Notes: generated from the sequence alone by a model not told the origin. A stretch of 64,000 nucleotides of DNA from an uncultured bacterium (GCA_964371055.1 CAYJLF010000004.1:74389-138388); one strand, 5' to 3'. Shown: positions 9,650 to 19,950, numbered from the stretch's first letter. Numbers and translations: made by a program.

Positions 9650-10417
9650 TCATCGTCCAGCTCCGAAGAGAAACGCGCCGAACGCCGCGAGCAGGGCGCC
9701 GGCGACGGTGTTCGCGAAGTTCAACAGACCGTGCGGCAGAGCCCGTCGGCCCCGGGATCCGGCCAGGCTTTCCAGCAGGTTGCCGACAAAACCGGCCAGG
9801 GCCACGGCGACGAACCCGCGACCGTCGAGAAGACCGACCGCCAGGGCTGCCGCCGCGATCGCGGTCGATGCGCCCAGCCCAGCCAGGAGCCCCTCGATCG
9901 ACACCGCCCCCTGCGTGCCGACCGGCACCGGGCGCAGGGTGGGCAGGAGCACCGTCCGCCGACCCCAGAGTTGGCCGATTTCGGAACTGGCCGTATCCGA
10001 GGCGGCGGTCGCGAAACTGCCGGCGAACGCGGCCCACCAGAGCGGATCTCCGCTCCCCGGCGCCGGCCCTCCCTGCGCCGCCGCGCGAGCGATCAGGAGG
10101 AGAAGGCCCGTCCCGCAGTTGGCCGCCACGTGGGGAGCTCCCCGCCGTCCTCCCTGCGCCTCGGCCACGCCGCGCCCCTCCTTGATGGAGTACCCGAGGC
10201 GCGTCAGCAGCGTCCCGAGGAGGAAGAACCAGAAGAGCACGATGAACCCGGCGCCGCCTCCGAGGTAGAGCACGACGGCGCCCAGGGGGACTCCGGCGAT
10301 AAACGCGGAACGTCGGACGAGGCGTAATACCCAGGCCGCGCCCCCGACGACGAGCGGGATCCCGATCGCCCAGGCGAGCGGAGCCGGTGGCTGAAGATGA
10401 CCGATCCACTCAGGCAT
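9650..10417 (-). CDS. DUF92 (TMEM19/VTE6-like) membrane protein
   Basis: GYSIK..GVAEAQGGRRG..VAAN, ASDTASSEIG, VPVGTQGAVSIEG, ESLAG. Confidence 0.88.
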   Translation of the reverse strand: MPEWIGHLQPPAPLAWAIGIPLVVGGAAWVLRLVRRSAFIAGVPLGAVVLYLGGGAGFIVLFWFFLLGTLLTRLGYSIKEGRGVAEAQGGRRGAPHVAANCGTGLLLLIARAAAQGGPAPGSGDPLWWAAFAGSFATAASDTASSEIGQLWGRRTVLLPTLRPVPVGTQGAVSIEGLLAGLGASTAIAAAALAVGLLDGRGFVAVALAGFVGNLLESLAGSRGRRALPHGLLNFANTVAGALLAAFGAFLFGAGR

Positions 10418-11417
10418 GGGCCGTCTCGACCCAGGATCGCACGCCGGCAGCCCACTCGACCGTGGCGTCCAGCGCGGGGTCGAAGGGGGTGGGGTCGTAC
10501 CCAAGATCTCGCTTCGCGGCGGAGGTGTCATACGACCAGTGGCAGCGGTAGACGGCGGCGACTCCCCGCGTCAGATCGGGCGCACGTCCGGTGCCGGCCG
10601 CTCGACGCTCGAGAAACCCGCCGAGCGCCTCCGCCAACCCGATCGGCAGGTGAGGCACGCCCCCTCGGCGCCCGAGTCGGCGCTGAACCCCGGCGACCAG
10701 GCTGTTGAGCGCAATGTTCTCGCCCCCGAGGATGTAGGAACGTCCCGGCACGGCGCGGTCCAAAGCAAGCAGGTGTCCCCGAGCCACGTCCGGCAGGTAG
10801 GCGAAGTTCCAGACCTGGCCGCCCTGGCCGATAAGGCCGGGGAATCGGCGACGCGCGATCATCCATATCATCTTCCCGACGAGATTGCCCGCCGTCCGCT
10901 CCCCCGGCCCGAAGATGACCCCGGGATAGAGCGTCACAATCGGGGCTCCCTTCGCCAGCCACCGGTCGGTCACTTGGTCCGCCAGGTACTTGGTCCGCTC
11001 ATAGTCATTCCGAAAAGTCGATCGTTCCGCCCGGTCCGCCTCGGTGATCGGAGCGGCCGTCGGGGAGGGTCCAAGGCTCATGAAGCTGGAGGTGTGGATC
11101 ACCTTCTGCACGCCGACGCGGACGCAGGTGGCGACGAGCTCATCCCAGGCCTGGACGTTGACGCGGTCGAAGATCGAGGGATCCGCCGCCCACGTCCTGA
11201 CGCAGGCCGCGGAGTGGATCACGGCCCGGTGCCGGTGCAGGATCTCGGCCGGGGGCGGTCCTTCGGCCAGGTCGCCCTGGCACCACTCCAGCCGCGGATC
11301 GGGGGTGGTTTCCGGGGGGCGCCGGGCCAGGACGGTGACCTGGTGACCGGCGGCCAGGAGGGCGGAGCGGAGGGCGCTTCCCAGGTACCCCGTGCCTCCG
11401 GTCAGGAAAACCTTCAT
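10410..11417 (-). CDS. Extended SDR, dihydroflavonol reductase / farnesol dehydrogenase-like
   Basis: TGGTGYLG, HTSS, YERTK catalytic motif, LYPGVIFGPG. Confidence 0.88.
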   Translation of the reverse strand: MKVFLTGGTGYLGSALRSALLAAGHQVTVLARRPPETTPDPRLEWCQGDLAEGPPPAEILHRHRAVIHSAACVRTWAADPSIFDRVNVQAWDELVATCVRVGVQKVIHTSSFMSLGPSPTAAPITEADRAERSTFRNDYERTKYLADQVTDRWLAKGAPIVTLYPGVIFGPGERTAGNLVGKMIWMIARRRFPGLIGQGGQVWNFAYLPDVARGHLLALDRAVPGRSYILGGENIALNSLVAGVQRRLGRRGGVPHLPIGLAEALGGFLERRAAGTGRAPDLTRGVAAVYRCHWSYDTSAAKRDLGYDPTPFDPALDATVEWAAGVRSWVETAHA

Positions 11418-11603
11418 CCCTACCTCCCCTTGGCCTCCGATTCCCGGGTGACGATAACGAAAGTGACGGAACGGCGCAATGCAACGGGAACGCGGTGGCC
11501 GAACCCGGCGTATCAGTCTCTACCCTGTGGTAGAGTCAGGCTGATCGGCGGAAGACGGGCCAGCGGCAGAGACCCGGCTGCGCCGCCGGAACAAGGAGCG
11601 GAA

Positions 11604-13265
11604 ATGAAAAGCAGACGGATCTTCTATTGGGCCTCGGGCGTTGCCATCGTGGCCGTGCTCCTCGCCGGGTTTACCTTCCTCGGCAGCGTCCTGGCCTATG
11701 CCAAGAGCGGGTACGGCCAATTCGACGTCTTCACCCAGGTCCTCAAATACATCAACGACAACTACGTCGAGGATGTCGACGGCGAGAAGCTCATGGACGG
11801 AGCGATCGCCGGCATGCTGGAGAAGCTCGACCCGCACTCCACCTATCTCGACGGCGAGCGCAATCGCCGGATGCAGGAGCGGAACCGGGGCAACTTCGAC
11901 GGGATTGGCATTTCCTTCGCGCTGGTGGATGGGAACCTGACGGTCATCTCGGCGATCGAGGGAACGCCCTCGCACAAGCTGGGCCTCCGTCCGGGCGACA
12001 TCATCACCCACATCGACTCGAAATCGGCGAAGGGGATCAAGGAAGACGAGGTCTTCGACCGGCTGCGCGGACCGCGCGGCAGCACCGTCCACATCACGGT
12101 GCGGCGCGAAGGGGTCCGCGACCCGATGGAGTACGACATCATTCGCGACCAGATTCCGATCTTCAGCGTGCCGTACGCCTTCATGCTGCGGCCCGGCATC
12201 GGCTACGTCCGGATGATCCGGTTCAGCGCCACCACGAGCGATGAGCTGACCGAGGCGCTGGAGAAGCTGAAGCGGGAAGGGATGGAGCGCTTGATCCTCG
12301 ACCTGCGCGGCAACGCCGGCGGGTATCTCAATGAAGCGATCGCCGTGTCCGACATGTTCCTTCCCTCCGGCAAGAAGATCGTCTACACCCGCGGCCGGCT
12401 CCCCGACTCGAACGAGGATTACTACTCCACCGGCCGGGGCCGGCACCAGGACTACCCGCTCATCGTCATGGTCGACCATGGGAGCGCATCCGCTTCCGAG
12501 ATCGTCAGCGGAGCCGTGCAGGACTGGGACCGCGGGCTCGTGATAGGAGAGACTACGTTCGGAAAGGGGCTGGTCCAGCGGCAGTATCCGCTGCGCAACG
12601 GAGGCGCGCTTCTCCTGACCGTGGCGCGTTACTACACCCCGTCCGGCCGACTGATCCAGCGTGACTTCGCCGACCGGGACGCCTATCTCGCGCCCGATTT
12701 CGCCGAGGACGAGGATCCTCCCGCTCCGGATGGAGACGGCGAGGCGGGCGGAGACGCTGACAGCGCCAGCGCGAGGCCGGAGTATCACACCAGTGCCGGC
12801 CGGATCGTCTACGGCGGAGGCGGCATCGCTCCGGATTATCGGACCACGAAGCGCTGGCCCTACCCCCGTCTCCAGCAGGAGTTGGACCGGAATCGCGCCT
12901 ACTTCGAGTTCGCCTCGCACTATCTGGGCGGAAAGGACCTGAAGTTCTCCCAGTTCGGTCAGTTCGAGCAGGAGGTCACCGTCGGTCCGGATCTGGTGAA
13001 CGAGTTCCGGTCGTTCCTCGACCGCAAGAAGCTGGCCTATGACCCCGACTCCCTGCGCGCGCAGGACGAGCAGGTCCGTCGGTCGATCAAGGCCGAGCTG
13101 GCCCGCTCGCTCTTTGGCGAGAACGAGCGGTACCGGGTCTTCATTCAGGCTGACCCGGCCCTGGAAGAGGCCCTCGGATACTTCCCGGTGGCGGCGGAGA
13201 TGCTGGCGGCGGACAACACGCGCGGGTCATCGCCCAAAGACGGCGGCAGCGGCCGGCGGCGCTGA
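11604..13265 (+). CDS. ctpA: S41 family C-terminal processing peptidase with PDZ domain
   Basis: LDPHS, DLRGNAGG, SASASEIV, TFGKGLVQ, RYYTPSGR; AAGGAG RBS. Confidence 0.93.
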   Translation: MKSRRIFYWASGVAIVAVLLAGFTFLGSVLAYAKSGYGQFDVFTQVLKYINDNYVEDVDGEKLMDGAIAGMLEKLDPHSTYLDGERNRRMQERNRGNFDGIGISFALVDGNLTVISAIEGTPSHKLGLRPGDIITHIDSKSAKGIKEDEVFDRLRGPRGSTVHITVRREGVRDPMEYDIIRDQIPIFSVPYAFMLRPGIGYVRMIRFSATTSDELTEALEKLKREGMERLILDLRGNAGGYLNEAIAVSDMFLPSGKKIVYTRGRLPDSNEDYYSTGRGRHQDYPLIVMVDHGSASASEIVSGAVQDWDRGLVIGETTFGKGLVQRQYPLRNGGALLLTVARYYTPSGRLIQRDFADRDAYLAPDFAEDEDPPAPDGDGEAGGDADSASARPEYHTSAGRIVYGGGGIAPDYRTTKRWPYPRLQQELDRNRAYFEFASHYLGGKDLKFSQFGQFEQEVTVGPDLVNEFRSFLDRKKLAYDPDSLRAQDEQVRRSIKAELARSLFGENERYRVFIQADPALEEALGYFPVAAEMLAADNTRGSSPKDGGSGRRR

Positions 13266-13299
13266 TCGATACCCTGACGCCGGGGTTCCTGAACAAGTG

Positions 13300-13333
13300 A
13301 ACGCCGCGGACCCCTGAGGGATCCGCGGCGTTT
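13300..13333. terminator. Stem-loop between convergent genes, probable intrinsic terminator
   Basis: AACGCCGCGGA...TCCGCGGCGTT inverted repeat followed by a short T run. Confidence 0.65.
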
Positions 13334-13397
13334 CGTCCTCGTCTGCACTTCCGGAGGGCCGGCTCCGGGAGCCGGCGCGCCGGTCTCCCCTCTTTTC

Positions 13398-15893
13398 TTA
13401 CGGGCTCTCCGTCCGGGCGCTCACGATGTTGGAGTCGGTCGAGAGGCGGGACAGCGATTCGAGCGCTCGATCGTAGGTCACCACCTTGAAGAAGTACCGG
13501 GTCGTGTCTCCCTGCGCGAGGTAGAGGGTGTGGCTCGTCTGCTCCCGCTGTTCGAACGAAACGACGGTGAGCGGGAAACTGGTGCTCGTGGAGCCGCGCA
13601 GGAGCACGTACTCGTCGAAATCGGGCTCGTTGTTCTGGGTCCAGTTGAGCTGGATGCTGGTCGTGGTCGTTGTCCCGACGCTCAGCGTTACCGGCTTCGG
13701 TGGCCGGTTGGCGGTCACGATCGAGCGCTCATCCGAGCCGGCCTTGCCGCCTGCGTCGTCCCGCACGAACACCCGATAGTAGTACCGGGTGTTGTCGTCG
13801 AGCCCCGCGTCGCTGAACGACAGGACGTCCGCTTCCGCGATCGTCCGCACGAGGGTGGAGCTCTCCCCCACCGCGGGAGACTTGTCTCGGTAGAGACGGT
13901 ACTCCTGGAAGTCGTGCGCATCCGACCGGCTCCAGGAGAGTGCGACGGTCGGCGTCAGTCCGCCCGCGACTTCCGTCGGCTGCGCCAGGCTGACGGCCGC
14001 CGGATCGGCGTTCTTGGTCGTGATCTTCAGCTCGTTGCTCCCGGTGGCCTGCCCGCCGTGATCGAGCACGAAGACGCGGTAGTAGTACTCGGTGTTCTCG
14101 ACCAGTCCGGTGTCGAGGTGCGTGGTCTCTTCCGCCTCCGCGAGCGAGACGAGGAGCTCGGAGTCGGGGCCGACGCCGGCCGCGGATGACCGGCGGAGTT
14201 CGTAGCGGTCGAAGTCACGCGCGCCGCTCTCGCTCCAGCTCAGGAGGACCGCGGTCTCCCCCGTCGATCCGGAGCTGCTGAGCGACACGCCGGGCGGGGG
14301 CGGATTCGGGATCACCGTGCTGACGACGTTGCCGGGTGCGGTCAACCCCTGCCCGCCGACCACGTCGACGCGGTAGTAGTAGGTCATCCCTTCTTCGATC
14401 TCGGTCCGGTCGTCATACGACACGGTGCTGATCGAGGTGATCGTGGTCAGCAGGCGCCGCTGTGGGTCGGCGTCGAGCTCGGCCTGCTCGCCGCGCCAGA
14501 TCCGGTACTGCGTGAAGTTCGGCGCCACGCTGCGGCTCCAGGAGAGCGACACGGAGCTCTCCGACACATTGGTCGGCGTTCCCAGCGTCACGGGATCGGG
14601 CACCGGGCCGAAGTTCGGGCGGCCCGACTCCTCGTTGCTGAAGCTGGAAAGGCCGGACGGATCGACGACCTGAATGCGATAGAAGTAGACGCGATTGGGA
14701 TCGAGGCCGGTATCGGTGAGAGTCGTCTGGGTCCGGGCGGAGATCTCCCGCACCTGGACTCGGGTCCGGCTGGTGTCGACGCCGGGCACCTCGGCCCGGA
14801 GGACGCGGTACGAGCTGAAGCGACCCGGGTCCGGCGCCTGGCTCCAGCCGAGCAGGAGCTCCGCCGGTCCCGCGGAAACGATCGGTTCGAGGGTGACGGC
14901 CGGGGGATCGTTCTGCACGGTGAGGCGGCCGGACGCCGGGACGGAGTCCGCCTCGTTGCCGGCCAGGTCGGTGAAGAGCCCCACCACGAGTGCGTCCAGG
15001 AGGGCGAGGTCGGCCGGCACGACGTACCGGAGGGTGTAGATGCCGTCCGAGGCGACCAGGTCCGCGTCCTCTCCGTCGTCCCGGAGTTCAAGGGTCCGGC
15101 CCGACGCGCCCAATCTCACCGCGGCGCGGCCCTGGGTTTCATCGGCGTCGAGTTCAAAGACGATCGCCTGACCGGGAGTCGCCTGCGCAGGGCTGAAGGA
15201 GACCGAGGCGATCGCGGCCCGGGTGTCCAGACGGATCCGGTCGGTGACGACGACGGAAGGGTTGCCGTCGCGGTCGGTGAAGCGGGCGAAGACCTCCTTG
15301 TTCCCGTCTTCGGGGGAGAGCTGCCAGGCCTGCTCGGGGAGGAACGGCTGGACCGGCGCGGATTCGAGGCCGTCGCGGTCGTTGGCGAGCTGGACTCCCC
15401 CGGTCTCCGCCGGCGCATGCAGGGCGAGCAGGACGCTCACCGAGCGGGTCGACTCCCGTCCGCCCGCGACCTGCACTCCGAAGACACCGGGCGTGCCCGA
15501 CACGGCGGCTGATCGCTTCCCTTCCAGACCGTTGTCGAGGACGGCCGCGACGGAAAACGCATACGACGTTCCGTTCACCAGGCCGGACACCAGGGAGGGG
15601 GCCCTGCGGGCGGTGTCGACCGGAGCCGCCTCACCGTCGGCGACCGCGCGGTAGAGTCGGTAGTAGGCGACCCGCCCGACGCCGGAGGAGTCGGAGAGCT
15701 CCCAGGAGAGCTCCGCCTGCCGATTGCCGACGCGAACCTCGGGAGCATTCGGTACCGGTGGTGTCAGACCGCTGACCGACGGGTCGCGCGGATTGACGAC
15801 ATCGGCGAGATCGTGTTCCTCGGTACAACCGGAGGCGCCCAGAAGGTGCGCGCCCAGAAGGAGGACGAGAATCAGGCGTGCGTACATGGCCAC
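13398..15893 (-). CDS. Lipoprotein with multiple fibronectin type III repeats
   Basis: Lipobox ASGC; repeated LSWS...F..Y...D..L....YYYRV units; LRDDG..D..ASDGIY motif. Confidence 0.85.
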   Translation of the reverse strand: MAMYARLILVLLLGAHLLGASGCTEEHDLADVVNPRDPSVSGLTPPVPNAPEVRVGNRQAELSWELSDSSGVGRVAYYRLYRAVADGEAAPVDTARRAPSLVSGLVNGTSYAFSVAAVLDNGLEGKRSAAVSGTPGVFGVQVAGGRESTRSVSVLLALHAPAETGGVQLANDRDGLESAPVQPFLPEQAWQLSPEDGNKEVFARFTDRDGNPSVVVTDRIRLDTRAAIASVSFSPAQATPGQAIVFELDADETQGRAAVRLGASGRTLELRDDGEDADLVASDGIYTLRYVVPADLALLDALVVGLFTDLAGNEADSVPASGRLTVQNDPPAVTLEPIVSAGPAELLLGWSQAPDPGRFSSYRVLRAEVPGVDTSRTRVQVREISARTQTTLTDTGLDPNRVYFYRIQVVDPSGLSSFSNEESGRPNFGPVPDPVTLGTPTNVSESSVSLSWSRSVAPNFTQYRIWRGEQAELDADPQRRLLTTITSISTVSYDDRTEIEEGMTYYYRVDVVGGQGLTAPGNVVSTVIPNPPPPGVSLSSSGSTGETAVLLSWSESGARDFDRYELRRSSAAGVGPDSELLVSLAEAEETTHLDTGLVENTEYYYRVFVLDHGGQATGSNELKITTKNADPAAVSLAQPTEVAGGLTPTVALSWSRSDAHDFQEYRLYRDKSPAVGESSTLVRTIAEADVLSFSDAGLDDNTRYYYRVFVRDDAGGKAGSDERSIVTANRPPKPVTLSVGTTTTTSIQLNWTQNNEPDFDEYVLLRGSTSTSFPLTVVSFEQREQTSHTLYLAQGDTTRYFFKVVTYDRALESLSRLSTDSNIVSARTESP

Positions 15894-15897
15894 CTCC

Positions 15898-16701
15898 TCA
15901 CCAGGTCCAACGCAAGGCGGCCTGGACGGAACCGTCCCGTCCCGGCGTCGCGTTCAGAGCCACGGGAAGGGCGGGGCGCTCGCTTCCCGACGAAAATCCT
16001 CCAACCTGTGCCTCGCCCCCGCCTTGGAAGAAAAGCAGGTCGAGCAGGTTCAGCGAGTAGATCCCCGCCAGCGCGCCCAGGGCGATGCGACGATCGCTCC
16101 ACGCATCATCGGCCCGGGCGGAGGCCCGCGCCATCGCGGCGTAGCGCGTCTCGATCTGATCCAGACTGGTCGCCCGCTCATATTCATGACGCCGGGCATC
16201 GAAATCATCCACCTTGTCCTGATAGCGGCTGTCGAGGATGCCAAAGGCAGCCGCGGCACCGCATGATCCGACGAGGAACAGGGCTCCCTTCCCTTTCGAG
16301 CCGCGGTAGATCTGTCCCCAACCCGGGATCACCGCGCTCCTGAGCAGCGCCCGGGCAGTCGACTTGCGCGAGAGACGCAGATCGAGCGATCGCACCCCCC
16401 CGTCACCCAGGACGACTTCGGACTTCCAGGTTTCGTATCCCGGAAGCCGCGCCTCGACCTGGTAGAGCCCGCTGATCGAGCGATGGAGCGTCCACGGCGT
16501 CATCCCGATCCATTCGTACGGTCCTTTCAGCGTGACGACGACACCTGGCGGATCCGACGTCACGACCAGCGCCGGCGCGTCGGTGGCGGGCACCGGGCTG
16601 GTCTGCGCTCCGGCCGTTCCAGCGCACGACGCGACCAGGCCGACTCCGATGAGGGCGATCGATCGCCACCTCCGGATCCCACGTTCCTCTCTCAGCACCA
16701 T
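15898..16701 (-). CDS. PEGA domain protein with DUF5683-like (SAVIPGWGQ) region
   Basis: VTSDPPGV...GMTP...LPGYETW; RSAVIPGWGQIY. Confidence 0.8.
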   Translation of the reverse strand: MVLREERGIRRWRSIALIGVGLVASCAGTAGAQTSPVPATDAPALVVTSDPPGVVVTLKGPYEWIGMTPWTLHRSISGLYQVEARLPGYETWKSEVVLGDGGVRSLDLRLSRKSTARALLRSAVIPGWGQIYRGSKGKGALFLVGSCGAAAAFGILDSRYQDKVDDFDARRHEYERATSLDQIETRYAAMARASARADDAWSDRRIALGALAGIYSLNLLDLLFFQGGGEAQVGGFSSGSERPALPVALNATPGRDGSVQAALRWTW

Positions 16702-16752
16702 GCCCCGCTCCTTCCCGGCGCGCGCCTCCGTGGCACCGCCATCATCGTCCCG

Positions 16753-18303
16753 TCAACGCGCGACGGCGTGATTCCCGGCAGTTCCGATCGGATCATCGGG
16801 ACCGCCGTCTTCCCTGCCGCCGGCCGCGCTCCATCGCGCCCACTCCTCTTCCTCGAGCAGGCGTCGCGCCCGGAAGACCAGGGCGCCGAGGAATCCGATC
16901 ATCCCGGCCATGTTGAACGCAAAGAACCTGTCGCCGAAGAAGTTCGCCACCATGAGGACGATCACGACCGCCTGGAACGACAGCGCGAGCGCCCGGGGAA
17001 AACCGGGGACCGCCAGGAGAGGCGCGGCCCCGGACAATGCCGCGATGAAGAACCAGAGCAGGAGGATGAGCCCCGGGATCCCCATTTCGGCCGCGGTCTG
17101 CAGGTAGAGGTTATGCAGCGGGCGCGGCCGGCCGAGGTAACGCGCTTCGCCCAACACGCGCGGGCTCTGTGCGTAGCCGACTCCGAGCACCGGGTTGTCC
17201 GCGATCACCTGCAGTCCGGCCCGCCAAAAGTCGATGCGGCCGCCCCCCTCTTCGTTGACCGCATCGAGCCTTCCTTCCTCCGCCGTCACGGCGTCCTCGG
17301 CTCGGGTCACCCGCTCCACCACGTAATCGGGCGCCCAGAGCAGGAACCCGCCGACCAGCAGGCCGAGGAGTACGACCCAGACGATTCCGGCGCGGAACAC
17401 GTGGGCGAGCCCTCCCGCGAGGAAGGCGACGAACGCACCCCGGGACCCGGCGATCGTCAGCGCGGCGGCCGTCGCCACCGCGGAAAAGAAAAGGAGGAGG
17501 CGACGCCACAGACCCGGATAGCGGGCGCCGAGCAGGCCGAGGCCGAACATGGTCGCGGCGGCGAAGTACGCGGCCGCGACGTTGACCTGCCCGACACCGC
17601 CTCCGACGCCGCGTCTCCATCCGTCCCGACTCACTTCGGAGAGCAGACCGGCCAGCCCCGCGGCGGATCCGACGCAGAAGAGGAGCGCGAGCGTACGGAT
17701 CTGCTTCCAGGAGCGTACGTTGCTGTAGACGAGGAAGAAGAGCACAAGCCCGCTGATCGATGCCCAGAAGCTCTGCAGCATCGGCAGGATGGCTTCCCGC
17801 GGGGCGGTCTCCAGCACGATGGGGTGCAGCCAGGCGAAGACCAGCCAGATCAGGAGCGCGATCAGGGGGAGATTGAGCGGCGAGTGATCGAAGACGGGCC
17901 GGCGCGTCGCGACCGATCTGGCGATGGACCCATAGACGAGGGACGCGAAGAGGAGATTCATCGTGTTCAGCATCGGGATCGGCGACTTCGGAAGCCAGAT
18001 GAGGTAGGCAAAGGCCAAGGGTAGCAGCCCGAGAGACCAGTCCGGCCGCGCCAGAAAGACCAACGCCATCACCCCACCCAGGATCATCTTGACGATTCGG
18101 TGGGTCGGCTGGACGTACGTGTAGTTTAGGTAGGCGATCGCGATCACCAAAACGATCGCGGCGAGCCCCAGCAGGAGAGCCATCTTCGCGGCCCGGTGCT
18201 TTTCGAGGTAGGAGAGGTCCGGCTCGCCCAGGCCGAACGATGGCGGAGGCTGCATCGACCTCGGAGGAGGACCGCCGGGCGGCTGAAGGCGCGCCGTCTT
18301 CAT
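16753..18303 (-). CDS. O-antigen ligase / Wzy polymerase family membrane protein
   Basis: Many TM segments, GSRGA, RIDFW, NPVLGVG, HNLYLQTAAEMGIPG; ATGA overlap with the upstream gene. Confidence 0.9.
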   Translation of the reverse strand: MKTARLQPPGGPPPRSMQPPPSFGLGEPDLSYLEKHRAAKMALLLGLAAIVLVIAIAYLNYTYVQPTHRIVKMILGGVMALVFLARPDWSLGLLPLAFAYLIWLPKSPIPMLNTMNLLFASLVYGSIARSVATRRPVFDHSPLNLPLIALLIWLVFAWLHPIVLETAPREAILPMLQSFWASISGLVLFFLVYSNVRSWKQIRTLALLFCVGSAAGLAGLLSEVSRDGWRRGVGGGVGQVNVAAAYFAAATMFGLGLLGARYPGLWRRLLLFFSAVATAAALTIAGSRGAFVAFLAGGLAHVFRAGIVWVVLLGLLVGGFLLWAPDYVVERVTRAEDAVTAEEGRLDAVNEEGGGRIDFWRAGLQVIADNPVLGVGYAQSPRVLGEARYLGRPRPLHNLYLQTAAEMGIPGLILLLWFFIAALSGAAPLLAVPGFPRALALSFQAVVIVLMVANFFGDRFFAFNMAGMIGFLGALVFRARRLLEEEEWARWSAAGGREDGGPDDPIGTAGNHAVAR

Positions 18304-19940
18304 GAACCCACCGTCCGGTCCTCCGCCGCCCGCGAAAGCGTCCCGGCGCCGCGGCGCGACGCCTGGAGGGCGCGTGACTGCAGGAGGGAGGCGGTCTCCT
18401 CCGCCGCGAGCGCCAGGCCCGAAGTCAGCTTGGGGAGGTAGGGACGCCCGCCGGCCGCGAGACCAGCCCGGCGAACCAACGCGGCCGCCTCCTGGAAGAA
18501 ACGGGGATCGCCCGCTCGCGGCGTCTCCCGCGGATCCGTCCAAGCGATCAGCGAGCCCCAGACCAGGACCGACACTTCGCCCGTCAGAAGCTCCAGACCA
18601 AGGGCCAGCGCGGCGTCGCCCAGTCGGGTGCGGGGCGCCACCCCGAGGATGGCGAACGTCTCCTCCCCCGAGCGGAGACCGGCGAAGAGTCGAAAGCCAC
18701 GACCTTCGACCAGGTCGATATTCTCGACGTAGGTCGGAATCAGAGCCAGGCGCTCCGGCGGCTCGGTCAGATCGAGAAAGTGACGATCCCCCGCGAGCGC
18801 GCGCGGGAGCGGATTCGTCGAGGCGAGAGGCGGGAGTTCGGGACTACCCGAGGTCCACGGATCGTATGCGGACCCGTCTTCGCGCCGAACCCAGATCGCC
18901 ACACCCGGGCGGCCCGCGTTTCCCTCCATCCAGTGCGCCAGCTGCTGGGCCGCCCCGGCCGCGGCTCCGCGCGCGGCGTGGTCCGTCAGCGCGGCATGGT
19001 TCCAGGAGTACTGCTCGGAGATCTGCTGGACGCGGAGCGCACGGCGGAGGCGCCGGCGAAGTCCGGGTACGAACCAGAGGGACGCGAGGAGCCCCAGCAG
19101 GATCGGACTTCCCCACTGGAACCAGATCTGTCGTCCGACCGGCGCGTAGCGTTCGAAGAGCTCCCCCAAGAACGCGAGAGTGATCAAGAACACGCCCAGC
19201 ACGAGCAGGACCGCGGAGGCAGACACCGGCCTGCTCCCGACGGGAAGTCGGACCAGGTTGGCATCGCGGCTGCGCCAGGCCGGCCAGGCGGCGATCGTGG
19301 CGGGAACGAGCGCGAGCGAGGCGAGGGCGAGGACCGACAGCGAAACTGCGCCGTAGAGCAGAGTCTGACTGGCAAAGAGGAAGATGCCCAGGGAGGCGAT
19401 GACCAGCCCGGAGGCCGCGTGGCGCAGGATCGGCACATGATCTCGCCGCGCCGCCTCCGCCAGCGCCTGAAACCGGATCACGCCGAACGCGCCTGCCAGC
19501 AGCAAGGCGCCGGCCACGCCGCGGGCGGCCGTGTTGTGCAGCACCAGGTTCGCTCCACCGGCCACGCGGGTGACCTCGGCTGCACCCGGGGCGAACGCCC
19601 CCGCGATGACCAGCCCGGCGCTGATCACCAGAGTGGCGGGAAACACCCCCCACGATCGGTGCAGATCCTCTTCGATCCGGCCGAGGCGCAGACAGAGGAA
19701 CGCCCAGATCGGGATGAGGAGAAGGGTCGAGAGATTCCCGGCGAGCGCGACCCAGGGGTGCGGAGGAGCGAACTCGTCATGGAGAACCAGGGCCAGCGAC
19801 CCAAGCATGAACGCGCCGCAAGTCGCCGCCACGGCAAAGGCCAGACGGCCCCGCGGGGCGCCGCGCCGACTCACGGCCAGTCCGGCGCCGGCCAGGAGGG
19901 TCAGCACGGCCGGCGCGGGTACCCATGGCCACACGTTCAT
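18300..19940 (-). CDS. PrsK-like membrane sensor plus GAF region, lacking the kinase core
   Basis: About 8 TM segments resembling the PEP-CTERM kinase PrsK (ASQTLLYG, SRPVSASAVLLVLGVFL, LRRRLR), then a GAF-like region; no H, N or G boxes. Confidence 0.65.
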   Translation of the reverse strand: MNVWPWVPAPAVLTLLAGAGLAVSRRGAPRGRLAFAVAATCGAFMLGSLALVLHDEFAPPHPWVALAGNLSTLLLIPIWAFLCLRLGRIEEDLHRSWGVFPATLVISAGLVIAGAFAPGAAEVTRVAGGANLVLHNTAARGVAGALLLAGAFGVIRFQALAEAARRDHVPILRHAASGLVIASLGIFLFASQTLLYGAVSLSVLALASLALVPATIAAWPAWRSRDANLVRLPVGSRPVSASAVLLVLGVFLITLAFLGELFERYAPVGRQIWFQWGSPILLGLLASLWFVPGLRRRLRRALRVQQISEQYSWNHAALTDHAARGAAAGAAQQLAHWMEGNAGRPGVAIWVRREDGSAYDPWTSGSPELPPLASTNPLPRALAGDRHFLDLTEPPERLALIPTYVENIDLVEGRGFRLFAGLRSGEETFAILGVAPRTRLGDAALALGLELLTGEVSVLVWGSLIAWTDPRETPRAGDPRFFQEAAALVRRAGLAAGGRPYLPKLTSGLALAAEETASLLQSRALQASRRGAGTLSRAAEDRTVGS

Positions 19941-19950
19941 GACCCGCGCC

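Noticed and set aside
10416-11603. N-terminal extension of the S41 protease ORF
   Set aside because: Antisense to the SDR gene; an RBS and signal anchor support a start at 11604.
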